Below the pieces are notes generated by a model that searched no databases, was not told the DNA's origin, and saw nothing but the letters and a program-made list of their open reading frames with translations. A stretch of 64,000 nt of DNA, taken from contig NC_043010.1 of NCBI RefSeq assembly GCF_006345805.1, forward strand, positions 10,850,001 to 10,914,000, read 5' to 3'. The position numbers and the translations under genes are program-made. Origin of the DNA: Octopus sinensis. Lineage: Eukaryota. Of this stretch, positions 37,668 through 52,506 are shown piece by piece (positions within the stretch are counted from its first letter, which is position 1; each line of letters starts with the position of its first letter).

Positions 37668-38579
37668 AGAACTGAGTGATTAATTTACATTCAAATAATC
37701 AGTCAACCAAATCTGTATCACAAGGATGTTGCACTTATTCAGCAAAACAGCAGTGAGTCTATGAAGATGTTTGTATCCCAGTCATGGGCAGATTGCAACC
37801 TGCAGAACTCACTTGAAAGCACATGTAATGAAAAACTACTTTGAAAATTTATTAGAAGTGTGCCTTGTCTGTTGAGGAGCCACATCTCATGTGGCAGACT
37901 TCTCATAAAAGGTAGCCCATACCTACTGTATATAAATGATTGGCCTAAAAACAGCAGCCAAATTTCCCTCAAACCACACTACTGTCTTAAAAAATGGAAG
38001 AACAGATTAAATGGATTAATCATAAATAAGGTGGAGGCATTGTTGTGTGGTAAAAAGCCTTATGTGTGTGTTAGTGTGTGTGTGTGTGTGTGTTAGTGTG
38101 TGTTAGTGTGTGTGTGTGTGTGTGTGTGTTCTTTGTTTGTTGCTCACCACCAGTTAACAGCCAATGTTGGTTTGTTTACATCTCCATAACTTAGTGGTTC
38201 AACAAAAGAACCTGATAATATAAGTACTATTATTTCTTTTGCATCTTTCACTGATATGCATCAATGAAGTAAATAAACACTGGTGAGATTAAACATAAAA
38301 GTTACATGTAATTCAAAGTCCTTTGTTATATTTGTTCTGGACCAAGCTGCAGTTACTCCCTGACTCCTCATACCATCAGAAATGTCATGAACCAACAATT
38401 AAGCTCAATGGAAACCTATACCTAATGATGCTATAGTTCACTTACTGTAATACAAAGCATTAAAAAAAAAAAAGTCCTGGAGTTGATTTGTTTGTATAAA
38501 ACCCTTCAAGGTGATGCTCCAGCATGGCTGCAGTCAAGTGACGGAAACAAGTAAAATATAAAAAAATACATAGCTTTAA

Positions 38580-38790
38580 CCCTTTCATGACCAGCCCGGC
38601 TGAAACCGGCTCTGGCTCTGTTGTACAAATGTCTTGTTTTCATAAGTTTTGAATTAAAATCTTCCACCAAACCTTAGTCACAATTTATGTTCCTAAAACC
38701 TGCTGAATGTTAACTAAGTTATTTTACTAAATTCTTTGTTATATTTAAAGAAACACAGAGCATCTCTAAATAAATACAGTAATGAAAGGG
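38580..38790. mobile_element. piggyBac-type MITE, same family as 4301-4522, opposite orientation
   Basis: TTAA flanks; CCCTTTCATGAC / GTAATGAAAGGG termini. Confidence 0.82.
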
Positions 38791-38950
38791 TTAAACAGGT
38801 GGAGTTGCTACAACTGGAATGCATTTCATCAATAATTTCTTTATTCCTTATTTCTGTCAGTCACCAGCTTCTTCTCTATTCATTCCTTGACTGACCTATT
38901 TATGGAGATTAACGTCTGTTTTCCATGCTGGCATGTGTTAGATGGTTGTC

Positions 38951-39185
38951 AAGGCGGCGAGCTGGCAGAGACGTTAGCACGCCGGACGAAATGCTCAGCG
39001 GTATTTCGTCTGCCGTTACGTTCTGAGTTCAAATTCCGCCGAGGTCGACTTTGCCTTTCATCCTTTCTAGGTCGATTAAATAAGTACCAGTTACTCACTG
39101 GGGTCGATGTAATCGACTTAATCCGTTTGTCTGTCCTTGTTTGTCCCCTCTGTGTTTAGCCCCTTGTGGGTAATAAAGAAATAGG
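38951..39185 (+). mobile_element. SINE family B, full length
   Basis: AAGGCGGCGAGCTGGCAGA...GAGTTCAAATTCCGCC...TAAAGAAATAGG; matches 56690-56925. Confidence 0.88.
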
Positions 39186-40949
39186 TTTGTCAGGAGTTGA
39201 CTAGGCAAAAGTCTGCACCATACTTTAGTGTGTGCTTTGGCATGGTTTTTACAGCTGGGTGTTCTTCCCAACTCCAGTTACCCTGTAGAGTGGACTGAAT
39301 GCTTTTCTTATGTGGCACCAGCACAGGTGAGGTCTGATTTTGGCTTGGGTTTTACAGCTGGATATCTTTCCAAATGCCAACCACTTTACAGCACAGACTG
39401 GATGCTTTTTACTAGAGTTGCTGCTTAGCTCTTGCTTCCATAGCATCAGTATGGTGAGAAATAATCTTCTCCAGGAATGGCTGCCAAACAGAATTTTCCT
39501 CTGAGTAGAACTTAACTCAAAACAGTAAACCAATAAAATGACTCACCAATTCACAGGTCTATTGCTTATAGCTAGGTGAACTTGAGAATTAAATATCTTA
39601 TACATTATACAGGGAACAGGATATGAACTACCAAGCACTCTTTTTGTTTTCAATGCCCAGTTGAGTCATCAATATAAATATATCCCATGAAAAGAAAGTC
39701 TTGGTCGGGGTTCTATGACCCACTCATTTTGGAGCACAGATTTTAAAATTAACTGTATTATATAATTGCTAGTGTTTCCATTGAATGGTTCAGAAAATTT
39801 ACGAATTATTCTCATTGGATTGCACCGAATAAAGACAAAATTTTAACTTTTGATTGATTCTTATATAAAAAGTAAATAAATTCTTTATTTTATTAAATTT
39901 ACACTGGATAAAACATAAGGGGAATGTTATTCCTTTTGATGAGCCATTTTGGCATTAGATAAATTGAGAGAAAAAAAAAATAATGTAAACAAAAAAACAA
40001 AACAAAAAATAACTGGAAAAGACTGAGCACAATGAAATACTTTACAGAATCCACAGATTAAATTCATTTAAACCGATATTTTTATTTTTCTATTTTTTTT
40101 TTTTTTAAGGGACAACTAAAATGTGAATTGTATCCCTGTACACAATATTATCCGTCGAAAAAAAAAAAAAAACAAAAAATATATAAAATAAACAAATGAA
40201 TTTTCATGAAAGATGCAAAAGTTGAATTGAATTCACAAGTGTTTTCCATTGGTTTGTAAATGTTCTTATCATTGTTGTTTTAAATCTTCTCTTGCATTTA
40301 TTTATTTATGAATGTCCCTTAAGAGACAACAAATGGAAACCGATGCTTGCAGTATGTTACAATGAAAAAGATAAACTCCCCTGCTTCATATCGAACTTAG
40401 TAAATAATTTCATAATAAGGGGGCATGAGGGTGGAACGTGGGGTTTATGTAGGGGGTAAACCAAGACTTTGTCTGTGTCTGTTTCCGTTTAGGTTTTTAG
40501 TTCTTTTTTATTGTTTTCTTTTTTCTTTCTTTTGTTTTCTTACATAAAGTTGTTTGTACAAATTTATTTTACATGGACATTAATAGTCTCCTTTATACAT
40601 ATATACATATTTATAAACATTTGTACAAATAAACATCAGTTTATGAATGCATGTATGCTTGTTTATATATGTGTGTATATACATATATGCATATATATAT
40701 ATGTATATATATACGTATGTATATATATATATATATATATACACACATGTATGTACATGCATATATATATATATGTATAATATATGTGTGTGTATAATAT
40801 ATATATATATTGTGTGATGCATAATTATAGTCATATATATATATATATATATATATATGGTTAATGGACAATATGTCCAATTTTTCGGCATATTTGGCAT
40901 TAGAATTTTTTTCCTTTGCCCTCATTTATGAATTGTTTATAAATTTAAC

Positions 40950-41400
40950 CGTTAAAGGTATTTTTTAATATGCTGGCCATTGATAAAATATTTTTCGAGA
41001 AAACATTTTTTAACGAAAAGAATTTTATCCTCACATTTAATATATATATATATATATAATGGATATGTTTTTATGTATTTGATTACTGCACCAAAAAACC
41101 AAAATGAAACTTTCGATTTGCTATTAAAATGATGGTAAATAGCCGAATCTGCCGTTCGGTAATTAGCGAAACAGCTTTTTCTTTCATTTAATTCTTGTGT
41201 AAGAATTTTTGCTATTGCATTGAGTGCCATGTCTTTGCTGGTGCCATCTTGGTCTCAAACTCATTTGTGTATCACAGTTTATCAGTGGAACAGGTGTAGT
41301 TAATGAAGTGGAATACACCTCGACGTGTGCAGAGATTAAAATACAAAGATTTCTGTAGCCGATTCTTTGCATTTTAAAAGGGTATGGAATTATTTTTTGG
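40950..41400 (-). mobile_element. Probable degenerate Penelope-like endonuclease remnant
   Basis: Fragments ...ELNERKSCFANYRTADSAIYHHFNSK resemble the PLE GIY-YIG distal motif; heavily degraded. Confidence 0.35.
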
Positions 41401-41589
41401 GGGGATTTTCTTTCCTTCTCTTTTTGAATTTTAATATTTTGGATTTTTAAATATCCATTTTTGTTAATGCTTTTTTTTTCCCTTTTACTTGTGAAAAAAG
41501 ATTGTTTTTTTTTTATTTGTGTTGGATGTAATTAATTTGTTTTGTATTTCTTTCTTTTTATTTTCAGTTTTTGTCTTTGTTTTCTGAAG

Positions 41590-41742
41590 GTGTTACTCCA
41601 ATGTTTTCAACAAAGTGTTAGATATCATAGAAAAAAGTTTTGATATTTATTTCAACTCAAACTCAAGAAACATGTCTTGATAAGTGTTCAGTGCTGATTG
41701 TTGCATTATGCAAATTAGTAAAACTCCCTTCAGTGATTCCTG
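41590..41742 (+). CDS. Candidate exon (...VLIFISTQTQETCLDKCSVLIVALCKLVKLPSVIP), gene unknown
   Basis: Strong donor CCTG|GTAAGA. The strong acceptor at 41589 needs a 1-nt indel in A6 (41631-41636); the weak acceptor at 41630 needs none. Confidence 0.5.
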
Positions 41743-43823
41743 GTAAGAATCTGATAGCATTTCCTCTTTTACTTTCATCAAAACTCAAGAGATTCTTTTC
41801 TGCTGATTAAGTTGAGCACTAGAAAAGAGAATATATTTGAAAATTTAGTTATTTAGCAATTCTGTAAACAGTGACTAATCATACATACACATGCATTTAT
41901 ACATACACATACATGCATACAAACATACACATATTTGAAATTATAAATATGTGAAATGAAAATGAGCTAAAAGAAATAACACATGGTGGTCAATGGCATG
42001 GATTTGGTTAAGAAAGATAGATAAGAAGATATTAAATAACATACAAGCTAAATTCTTTATTCACTAATATTATTTTTTCTTCCAAAGAAGATAGATCAAT
42101 TGCTAGATAACAACTGATGCAAATTCTAGAAAATAAGGAGAGATAATCTCAAAATTCAAGAATTTTCTAAAACTGTCATGCCATTCAGGAAAAGACAGTG
42201 CAATTGCCTGAAGATAAGAGTACAGCCATCATAGACATCTTTTAAAATTCCTACTTTGTCTTCCATACATTTATTTGTGTAAGTTGACCTTTGTAAAATG
42301 TTAGAGGAAGAAACCTCACTGTTTCTTGCAATAAGTACACCTAAAGCAAAACTTTTCATGGACCCTTAAAACATTAATCTGGATCCTCAATTTACTATTT
42401 TATGGATCCCCAGGTGTCATATGGATTCTGGTTACGAACCAGGAAGGAAATATTCTGTTTCATTTCTCTTCCTTCTGATTTCAAATCCTACTAGTTACAA
42501 TTTTTTCTCCTCTACTTCACTGCCTTTCTCTCTCTTTCTCTCACTGGCAGGGGAATAAAAGTAGAAATAAAATAAGTATTAGTAGTAAACTGAGATCTAT
42601 TCAACCCTGTTTACCCTATTACAAATATTTGGCATTGTGAAAACATATAAAATTATTACATCATTATCCCTATTGCATTATTGAATATTGGACCTTGTGG
42701 TTATGTTGGTTGTTTTAGTCGATGTATCATCATAACCACCACCACCGCCATCATCATCATCCTCATCATCATCATTAGCAGCAGCAACATCACATAACCA
42801 CTGTCATTGATATGGGCTTGTGTTTAATGGTTTAACAAGATCTGTATCAAGGTCCGTAGGTTTGCACTTGCCCAGTTTCTATGGCTGGGTGCCTTTCCCA
42901 ACATCAACCACTTTATAAAATGTACTGGGCACCTTTTTTTTTTCATGGTACTGATCCCAGTGAGGTTGCTAAGTAATTTGCAATGCAATGTAAAAGACCC
43001 TTTAATTGAACTGTAGTAAAGAGATGCGATTTTATGCCAAATATTGAGAGGCTGAAGTAGGATAGAAGGACAAAACCATCTATCATGCTGTTAAGGTGAT
43101 AATCACCACCAACACCACCAACACCACCACCATCACCACCACAACCACCACCTATCCAAAGAGATAAAGACAGTGGTAGCAAGGTGTTGGGCATGTCCTC
43201 TGTGATTAAAAAATATTTCAGCTCTGGCAATCCAATTTTTATTTTGAGATATCAAATGATTACATTATTTAATGTGTTTTTCCCTTAGGAAGAAGTTTAA
43301 TGCAGATTTAGCTACTATTTCTTGCAATGTGATTGACCATGTTGAGGTTCCATTTTTGGCTCATATTGAACTATGCAGTTACTATTGCCAAATATCAAGG
43401 ATATAAATTATGTTAGTTCCCTAAAGAAGTTTCTTTAACCGTAATCAAGCCTCATTATGTAAAAACAACTTTTCATCGAAAATAGCACAAAAACATTGCA
43501 TGTATGAAGTAGCAACGATCTCAAGCGACTCCAGATGCTTGAATGGTGACCTAAATGCCATGTATTGAAACCCTTGTTACAGGTGTGGCATCGTGTTCCT
43601 ATTTAAGATTTGTTATATTATTTTCCTGTCAACTCAGACCAAAATAGGCATCACTCCAACATCGTCTTTAACAGTTTGGTGTTATGAATAGCCTCAATTT
43701 GCAAAAACACGAGTTCCAACAATTCCTGCAATTATCCCGATTTTTCAGAAATATCTGATTCGCTCTGTCGAGGAAAAAAAAGTAGTTGAAACACCAGTGC
43801 GTTATTGTGTATGCATGTGCATT

Positions 43824-43854
<31 letters not shown>

Positions 43855-44051
43855 TGTGTGTGTGTGTGTGCATGTGTGTGTGTTTGTGTGTGTGTGTTTG
43901 CGAACGTGTTCTTGTGGATGCATGTGTTTATGTGAGTGTTTATACGCATGTGTCAATGCATGTATATGTGCACGTGTGTCCATGTTTGTGCGTATGTGTT
44001 CTTTGCCTTCATGTCTGCTGGCTAAATGTTGCAGCCCAAGGTTTCATTCAC

Positions 44052-44091
<40 letters not shown>

Positions 44092-44128
44092 TTTTTTTTA
44101 CATGTGCCTATTTGTGTTACTGCATGTG

Positions 44129-44164
<36 letters not shown>

Positions 44165-44930
44165 CAATGTGCATGCATGTTTGGGTTAGAGATAAAGACC
44201 TAGAGATGTAACTAGAGTGAGAGAGAAAGAGAGAGAGAGAAACTGACAGACAGGCAGAGACAAATGAAGTTGGAGAAGTAAAGAGGGTGACAGAACAAGA
44301 GAGAGGTATATAAAAGGAGTGAAAGGAGGGTGGAAAATGAAGAAGAGGCAGAAAAAGAATCAGATATGACAAATGCCTCTACAAATCACAGAGTTCTAGG
44401 AAACGGATTCTGCAGCTTTGAAATTCAGTAGCAGTAAAATGCACCACAGAAATGAACACTAGGATGGGAGATCAATTTATCACAGACCTTATTCCCATAA
44501 GATCTGGTAACATCTATTCCCTTTAGCTAAATAAAACTGCAATTTATAAAATAAAGTATCATGCCTCTCAGACATGATATAATATTAAGTTCACAGCTAT
44601 GGATTTCACATATTTTTCAGACTGCATTATCAAGACAACATATAAGAATGGTATTGTTGTTAGTCACACAAATTCTTTAGATTAAACTCCTGTCATAAGA
44701 GTTGCAATGTGTTTTTTAAATTTCATGAAAATTCATGTAAAATAGAATCTAATATCAAAAATGAGAAAAAATTGAATAAAAATGATTGTAAAAAAAAAAA
44801 ATGTCTTGCAGTTAAGAATTTTCCTTTTAAACCATGTGGTGTCAGGATCATTCCTGCTGTGTGGCAATTTAGCAAAGTGTCTTGTACACTATTCCAGAGC
44901 TTACCAATGCTTCATAAAGAATATTTATAT

Positions 44931-45138
44931 GAAGGCAGCAGAAACGTTAGCACACCAGGTGAAATGCTTAGTGGTATTTTGTCTGTCTTTACATTCTGAG
45001 TTCAAATTCCGCCGAGGTCGACTTTGCCTTTCATCCTTTTGGGTTGATAAATTAAGTACCAGTTGCATACTAGGGTCGCTCTAATCGACTGGCCTCCTCC
45101 CACAAAATTGTGGGTCTTGTGCCTAGAGTAGGGAAGGA
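44931..45138 (+). mobile_element. SINE family B
   Basis: Consensus match. Confidence 0.8.
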
Positions 45139-45575
45139 TATATATGTGTGTGTGTGTAGATGTATGCAAATGCACATGGATATTGATATTTCAAGTTGCC
45201 ACTGTCCAAGCAAACCAATTTCAATGTTGACATTCCAAGTCAACATTATGATTGGTTGCTCTTGAAAAACAAATAAGGGTTGGAGACAAGAAGGGCATCC
45301 AGCCATAAAATCTTGCCCCTGATATAACCCCCTGATAGCATGTGAAAATAAATATTAAGTAATGAACATCAGCTTTCACCATAACAGAGTTCTATTTCTA
45401 ATGATTTCTTTTGACAGGACACTATTAGAATTTTCAAGCAGAAAATCATTTGCAATTATTTATTTTAGGTGCAGAATAATAAAATATTTGAGAAATTTGC
45501 TTCACAACCACAAGATCTTGGGATCATTCCTACCACATGGAATTTTGCAGGAAATATTATTATCTATAACTTTAA

Positions 45576-45733
45576 CCCTTTTGATACCAAACTGCCTGAA
45601 GCAACTCTTGATTTTATGATACAGATGCCCTGTTTTAAGGTCAAAATCCTATGTTAAATTCACTCAAGACATCATCTTATTAATGCCAAAGTTACTTTAA
45701 GAAATTTTTCAAAGAGATGTGGTAACAAAAGGG
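45576..45733. mobile_element. piggyBac-type MITE
   Basis: TTAA flanks; CCCTTTTGATACC / GGTAACAAAAGGG. Confidence 0.82.
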
Positions 45734-45955
45734 TTAAGTTGACTTACATTTTATGAGTGAAAATGAGTTGATGAAAACTGCGTAGAAGATGGATTTTTAA
45801 CCGTAATTCAAAGGTACAACTTTATCATACACTGTGTTATGCTGATTCTATCTGAGAATTTCGTTAAGAGCGAAAATAACTGTCAAATGCTCATCTACAT
45901 GGGTGTTAATTCAAGAGCAGGTAATTCAATTGAACAAACAAACCAAAACATCATC

Positions 45956-46338
45956 GTGGCTGTGTGGTAAGTAGCTTGTTTACCAACCACATGGTTCCGG
46001 GTTCAGTCCCACTGCGTGGCACCTTGGGCAAGTGTCTTCTACTATAGCCTCGGGCCGACCAAAGCCTTGTGAGTGGATTTGGTAGACGGAAACTGAAAGA
46101 AGCCTGTCGTATATATGTATATATATATATATATGCGTGTATGTGTTTGTCCCCCAAGCATTGCTTGACAACCGATGCTGGTGTGTTTATGTCCCCGTCA
46201 CTTAGCGGTTCGGCAAAAGAGACCGATAGAATAAGTACTGGGCTTACAAAAGAATAAGTCCCGGGGTCGATTTTCTCGATTAAAGGTGGTGCTCCAGCAT
46301 GGCCGCAGTCAAATGACTGAAACAAGTAAAAGAGTAAA
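45956..46338 (+). mobile_element. SINE family A
   Basis: Consensus match. Confidence 0.9.
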
Positions 46339-46701
46339 TGCTGGAGAACCATCCACCCACTTATTTGTAAATCACAGGAGTATGAATGACAAGTGTGGTC
46401 CCAATAGAAATAAATACTATAACAGTTCTGTCGAATATTGTCTTAACAGTGTTATTAGACACCTGGCAACGCAATGCACTGGGGATCTAAAATACATACT
46501 TATTAACAGAAAGCTTCAAAATACATAGATTAGCATTGGGCTCCTTGATCCATAAGGACTCTTTTTCCTATCATGGAAATATTAACAACACCTGTACATG
46601 AAATATTAGCTGTTCTCAGGCATAAAGTTTCATAGTTCAAATCCAGTCTTTTACCATGTACATCTTCTAGACCAGGCCTAACCAGCTATGCCTATAATAC
46701 A

Positions 46702-46760
<59 letters not shown>

Positions 46761-46854
46761 TTATCTATCTATCTATCTGTGTGTTTGTATACACACACAC
46801 ATATATATATTAAAAGAGAGGAAAAGGGCATATATATGTGCGCTTATATATGAA

Positions 46855-46904
<50 letters not shown>

Positions 46905-47692
46905 CATACACACATGTGCACGCCCACACACACACATACACACAATTACATTGCAGGCCACTTTAATCACAAAAAGATTTTGAGGGCCGCTTGTATACTG
47001 AGAGAAATGAAAGCAGTTTGCTTTCTCATGTTATTATTACAATAATGAATGATTGATCACTGATTCAACATGAAATATTATCGTTGCAAAAAGCAGTAAT
47101 ATCTTTCTGTTTAAATTTTCATTACAATCTTTAAAGGAACCCATTTCAAGAAAGTATCAAGCAAGCTGTAAGATAAAAGTCTGTGTGTCACATGCAGCCC
47201 ATGGGCCTTAGGCTGGCAAGCCCTGTTCTGAACTATGACATATTTTGCCTCAAGGATAGCAATAAATGATTTACATTGACCACAATGCTCAACTGGTTCT
47301 TATTTTTATTGACCATAAAAGGATAAAAGATAAAGTGGACCTCATTGGAATTTGAACTCAGAACTTGCTGCTTCATGTTGATGTAAATACTAAAAACATA
47401 TTTCATCTCTTAATAATAATCTGGATTATTATAATTGTATTAACACTAATTAATCTTAGATATTTAAATATTAATTAGTTAAATGATTGTTAATATATGT
47501 AATAATTGTTAACATATGTAACTAGAATTCACTTTCACTTTAGATGCAAGTGTAGTTAGGCACAGGTGTGACTTGGTGCAGGTGTGGCTGTGTGGTCCAC
47601 TGCATGGTACCTTGGACAAATGTCTTCTCCTATGGCCTAGGACCAACCAAAACCTTGTAAGTGGATTCAGTAGAGACACTGAAAGAAGCCTA

Positions 47693-47777
<85 letters not shown>

Positions 47778-47867
47778 TATATGTGAGTGTGTGTGAGTGT
47801 GAGTGTGTGTGTGTGTGTATGTGTGTGTGTGTGTGTATGTGTGTGTGAGTGTGGTGTGTGTGTGTGT

Positions 47868-47906
<39 letters not shown>

Positions 47907-48713
47907 CTCATCGTAATGCAAGCGATGTCCTTCATTTGAAATCTTCTGTGGAAACAAATCTGGATCCGGTGAATATTACCTTACTTTGAAACAGGTGAGA
48001 CTTGGCAATCAGACGGGAATCTGGCCCAAGAAAATACACCTCAACAAGTTCCATCCAACTCATGCAAGCATATGAAGTGGATGTGAAACACTACTGCTTA
48101 ACACTACTGCCACCATTGCTGCTGCCATTGCCACCACCGCTGACAGCGATGATGACGACAACAATGATGATGATAATCGCTTTGTTAAATATATTAGTAC
48201 AAACTTAGATTTGTTTTTTTTTGTTTTTTTTTGTTTTACATGTAGATGGCATCAATGAGTCAATTGCCTTCTGAACATAAATACAAGAACATTATTATTT
48301 TGTGTGATGCTCAGCTGTCTCAGCCACCTGCACTGGTTATATCAAGACATTGATAATTATACTAAAAAAAAAAAAAAGTTTTAATGGGACAATCACATTC
48401 AAGAAAGATAACGAATAAAATTACAATAGCATGTGCTTCTGCGTATGTATGCGAGCAACCATTCCCGTATATGTGCATATGTGTGTTTCTGTAGGTGTGG
48501 TTGTGTGTGTATTTGTATGTAATTATTTCGAAAAGGGTAAAAAAATGATCTTTGCCAAAACACAACAATACATATCTCAAGATTCAAATTTAGATCAAAT
48601 CTCTTACTCAACACGTTTAATGGATTGAAAGTATTTGTAAAGAAAATGGCAAATGTGATATATACATAGAGATATACATGTATGCAACACACACACACAC
48701 ACATGTGTATGTA

Positions 48714-48752
<39 letters not shown>

Positions 48753-48858
48753 GTATGTGCATATATATATTGTATAACTTTATCATATATATACACATAT
48801 ACATATGTCTCTCTGTATCTATCTATCTATATGTATATATATTATATTATATCAATAT

Positions 48859-48901
<43 letters not shown>

Positions 48902-49101
48902 TAAACATATAATATTATATAAGTATCATAAACATATAGTATACATATTTATACATATACAAATATATACACATACATATATATATGTGTACATATGTAT
49001 GTTAACATTATTTACAATCAATGTAAATTTGTAAATAATGTACATATTTCCTATCTCTTAAATATAGAACTGTACTAGGTGTGTGTATGTATATATATAA
49101 T

Positions 49102-49132
<31 letters not shown>

Positions 49133-49228
49133 CAATATATATAATATTATATATATATATATATATAATTAACATATATATATATATTATATATACATAT
49201 ATATATATCTATATATACATATATATAT

Positions 49229-49276
<48 letters not shown>

Positions 49277-49539
49277 CATATACACACACTTACACATACA
49301 ATAATTTTTATGATTTATTATTTCTATGCTTATCAAAATCTTTCCAGTTTCCTATGCTGTCTTGCACATTCTTTGAGTCAGTTTTCAAATCTTCATCACT
49401 GAAAACCACCATCTTACTGACTCTTACTTTGGACTGTCGCAGCACGAGCGCTCTCGTCACAGCTGTCGTTTCAAATTCGCTGTGAAATTATGCTAACACT
49501 GTTTTCAGTTTTCAATCAAGTAATGAATTGAACAATTAC

Positions 49540-49632
49540 TGAAGCATTATAATAATGACAATAATAATAATAATAATAATAATAATTATAATAATAATAA
49601 TAATAATAGTAATAATAATAATAGTAATAATG

Positions 49633-49674
<42 letters not shown>

Positions 49675-49697
49675 TAATAATAATAATAATAATAATA

Positions 49698-49732
<35 letters not shown>

Positions 49733-49799
49733 AATAATAATAATATTAATAATAATAATGATAATAATAATGATGATGATGATGATTATGATGATGATG

Positions 49800-49851
<52 letters not shown>

Positions 49852-49862
49852 TAATAATAATG

Positions 49863-49906
<44 letters not shown>

Positions 49907-50140
49907 GATAATAATAATAATGATGATGATGATGATGATGATAATAATAAAAATAATGATAATAATAATAATGATGATGATGATGATGATGACGATGATA
50001 ATAATAATAATAATAATAATATAATAATAATAATAATGATGATGATGATGATGATGATAATAATAATAAAAAAATAATAATAATAATAATAATAATAATG
50101 ATAATAATAATGATAATGATAATAATGATAATAATAATAA
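49540..50140. repeat. (AAT/GAT)n microsatellite; a similar tract lies at 51890-52510
   Basis: Direct reading. Confidence 0.95.
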
Positions 50141-50561
50141 TGATCACCATGAAAATTTGTGAATGGCCATTTCAATAAAGTAATGGACATCCAGCTGAGT
50201 GTTTCTAATTCATATCCTGTCACGGAAGCTACTTTGTGTCCAAGTTCTCAATGACACTTATAGTTGATGAACTTGGAAAGTTCATCTTGCTCCAAGCATA
50301 AACCGCATCATTATTATTGTAAAATTGATGAGATTGATGAGTGATTCATTGGTTTGCCTTGCTGACTTGAATTCAATTCAATTACTTACTACTTGTAAAA
50401 TGAAGTCACTACAGCACTGGATATCTTCTTTATGTAGGTGTTGCTAATGGTATAGTTCAGCATTAGGAACATATGGACGCAAACAAACACTCACACACAC
50501 ATGTATGTAATCATATATATATTTTTCTATATAATTATATATGTGTACATATATATATATA

Positions 50562-50979
50562 TACTCTTTACTCTTTTACTTGTTTCAGTCATTTGACTGC
50601 AGCCATGCTGGAGCACCGCCTTTAATCGAGCAACTCGACCCCAGGACTTATTCTTTGTAAGCCCAGTACTTATTCTATCGATCTCTTTTGCCGAACCGCT
50701 AAGTAACGGGGACATAAATACACCAGCATTGGTTGTCAAGCAATGCTAGGGGTACAAACACACAAACACACACACACACATACACACACATACACACACA
50801 TATATATATATATATACATATATACGACAGGCTTCTTTCAGTTTCCGTCTACCAAATCCACTCACAAGGCTTTGGTCGGCCCGAGGCTATAGTAGAAGAC
50901 ACTTGCCCAAGGTGCCACGCAGTGGGACTGAACCTGGAACCATGTGGTTGGTAAACAAGCTACTTACCACACAGCCACT
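50562..50979 (-). mobile_element. SINE family A
   Basis: Reverse complement of the consensus. Confidence 0.9.
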
Positions 50980-51908
50980 ATATATATATATATATATAGT
51001 GTAAACAAGAGAGACAGAGAAAGGCAGAAACAAGGAAAATGCCACTTATATTTGAACACTATACAAATATTCGTTTAAAAAAACTTTTCTTTTAATTTTT
51101 CTAAATTTAATTATTTAATCATTAGAGTTGAAAAAGTCTCAAATTACTGAAACCGGTATTGAAATGTTCTTTATAAAATTATTTTAGCATTTTCTATCTT
51201 GACTTGTTTTTTCATATATATATGTTCAAAAGAAGGTGTATAGAGTTTAGCAGAACTGAACCTGGAAACCCATGATTGCTAAATAAGCTTTTTAACCATG
51301 CAGCTATGACTGCACCTATAAAAGAATGTAAGAACTGTCTGTGTTTCTGTGGTTGTGTGTATGCATATGCGTATGTACTGTATGTATGTATATATATATA
51401 TAGATATATAACCTATAAAAATATACAAAAGCATTGGTGACATTAAAATGAAAACTATCTATCGTGACATATTAATGTTACGATGTTTTCCCTTCACTAT
51501 AACAGAATAAGAAAATTCCTTCCTTATATATAATTACTAATGTCACTAATGAGGCTTGTAGTGTAAAACTGCAGACTTCTATTCTCCATCTCAACATTGT
51601 TATATTTTCATTATATTAGGTAGAAAAAAAAAATGAATATATAATACAACAGAATAGCATATTATATCCATTGGGCATGTCTTCATCATGTTATATTTTG
51701 TATATAATGATAAAAATCTATGTTTAGAAAGCGAGAGAGTGAGAAAGAAGAATAAAGAATAAAGAATAAAGAATAAAGAATACAAACTAATATTACTAAA
51801 TAATGAAAGATAGGGTAAAAGATAAAAGAATAAATGTTCTGGTAATATAATGATGACCACCTTGTGAGAAATAGATTCATGAATGACTCATGATGATGAT
51901 ATGATGAT

Positions 51909-51940
<32 letters not shown>

Positions 51941-52216
51941 CAACAACAACAACAACAACAACAATAAGGTTAATAAACAATAATATAGATCTTGTTATAT
52001 CTGACAAATGTGGTTTTACTCTCATGAGGCAGCAACAGAAAAGCAAATAATAATGGTGATAACGATGACGACGATAATGGTGGTGGTGGTGATGATGATG
52101 ATAATGATGATGATGATGGTGATGACGACGACTATGATGGTGGTGGTGGTGGTGGTGGTGGTGAGATGATGATAAATACATAAGTAGATAAATAAATAAA
52201 GATAAAAACACAAAGC

Positions 52217-52252
<36 letters not shown>

Positions 52253-52309
52253 GTAATAATAATAATAATAATAACAATAATAATGATGATAATAATAATA
52301 ATAATAATA

Positions 52310-52380
<71 letters not shown>

Positions 52381-52456
52381 GTAATAATAATAATAATAGT
52401 ATAATAATAATAATAATGATAATAATAATAATAATGATAATAATAATAATAATAAT

Positions 52457-52506
<50 letters not shown>

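Noticed and set aside
42088-42359. Protein-like frames on both strands with good plus-strand splice signals
   Set aside because: Multiple stops in every plus-strand frame, no donor for the minus ORF, and no recognisable family.
43480-43800. CpG-containing segment with helical-looking frames
   Set aside because: Interrupted by stops in all frames; could be an old transposon, but it is unclassifiable by eye.
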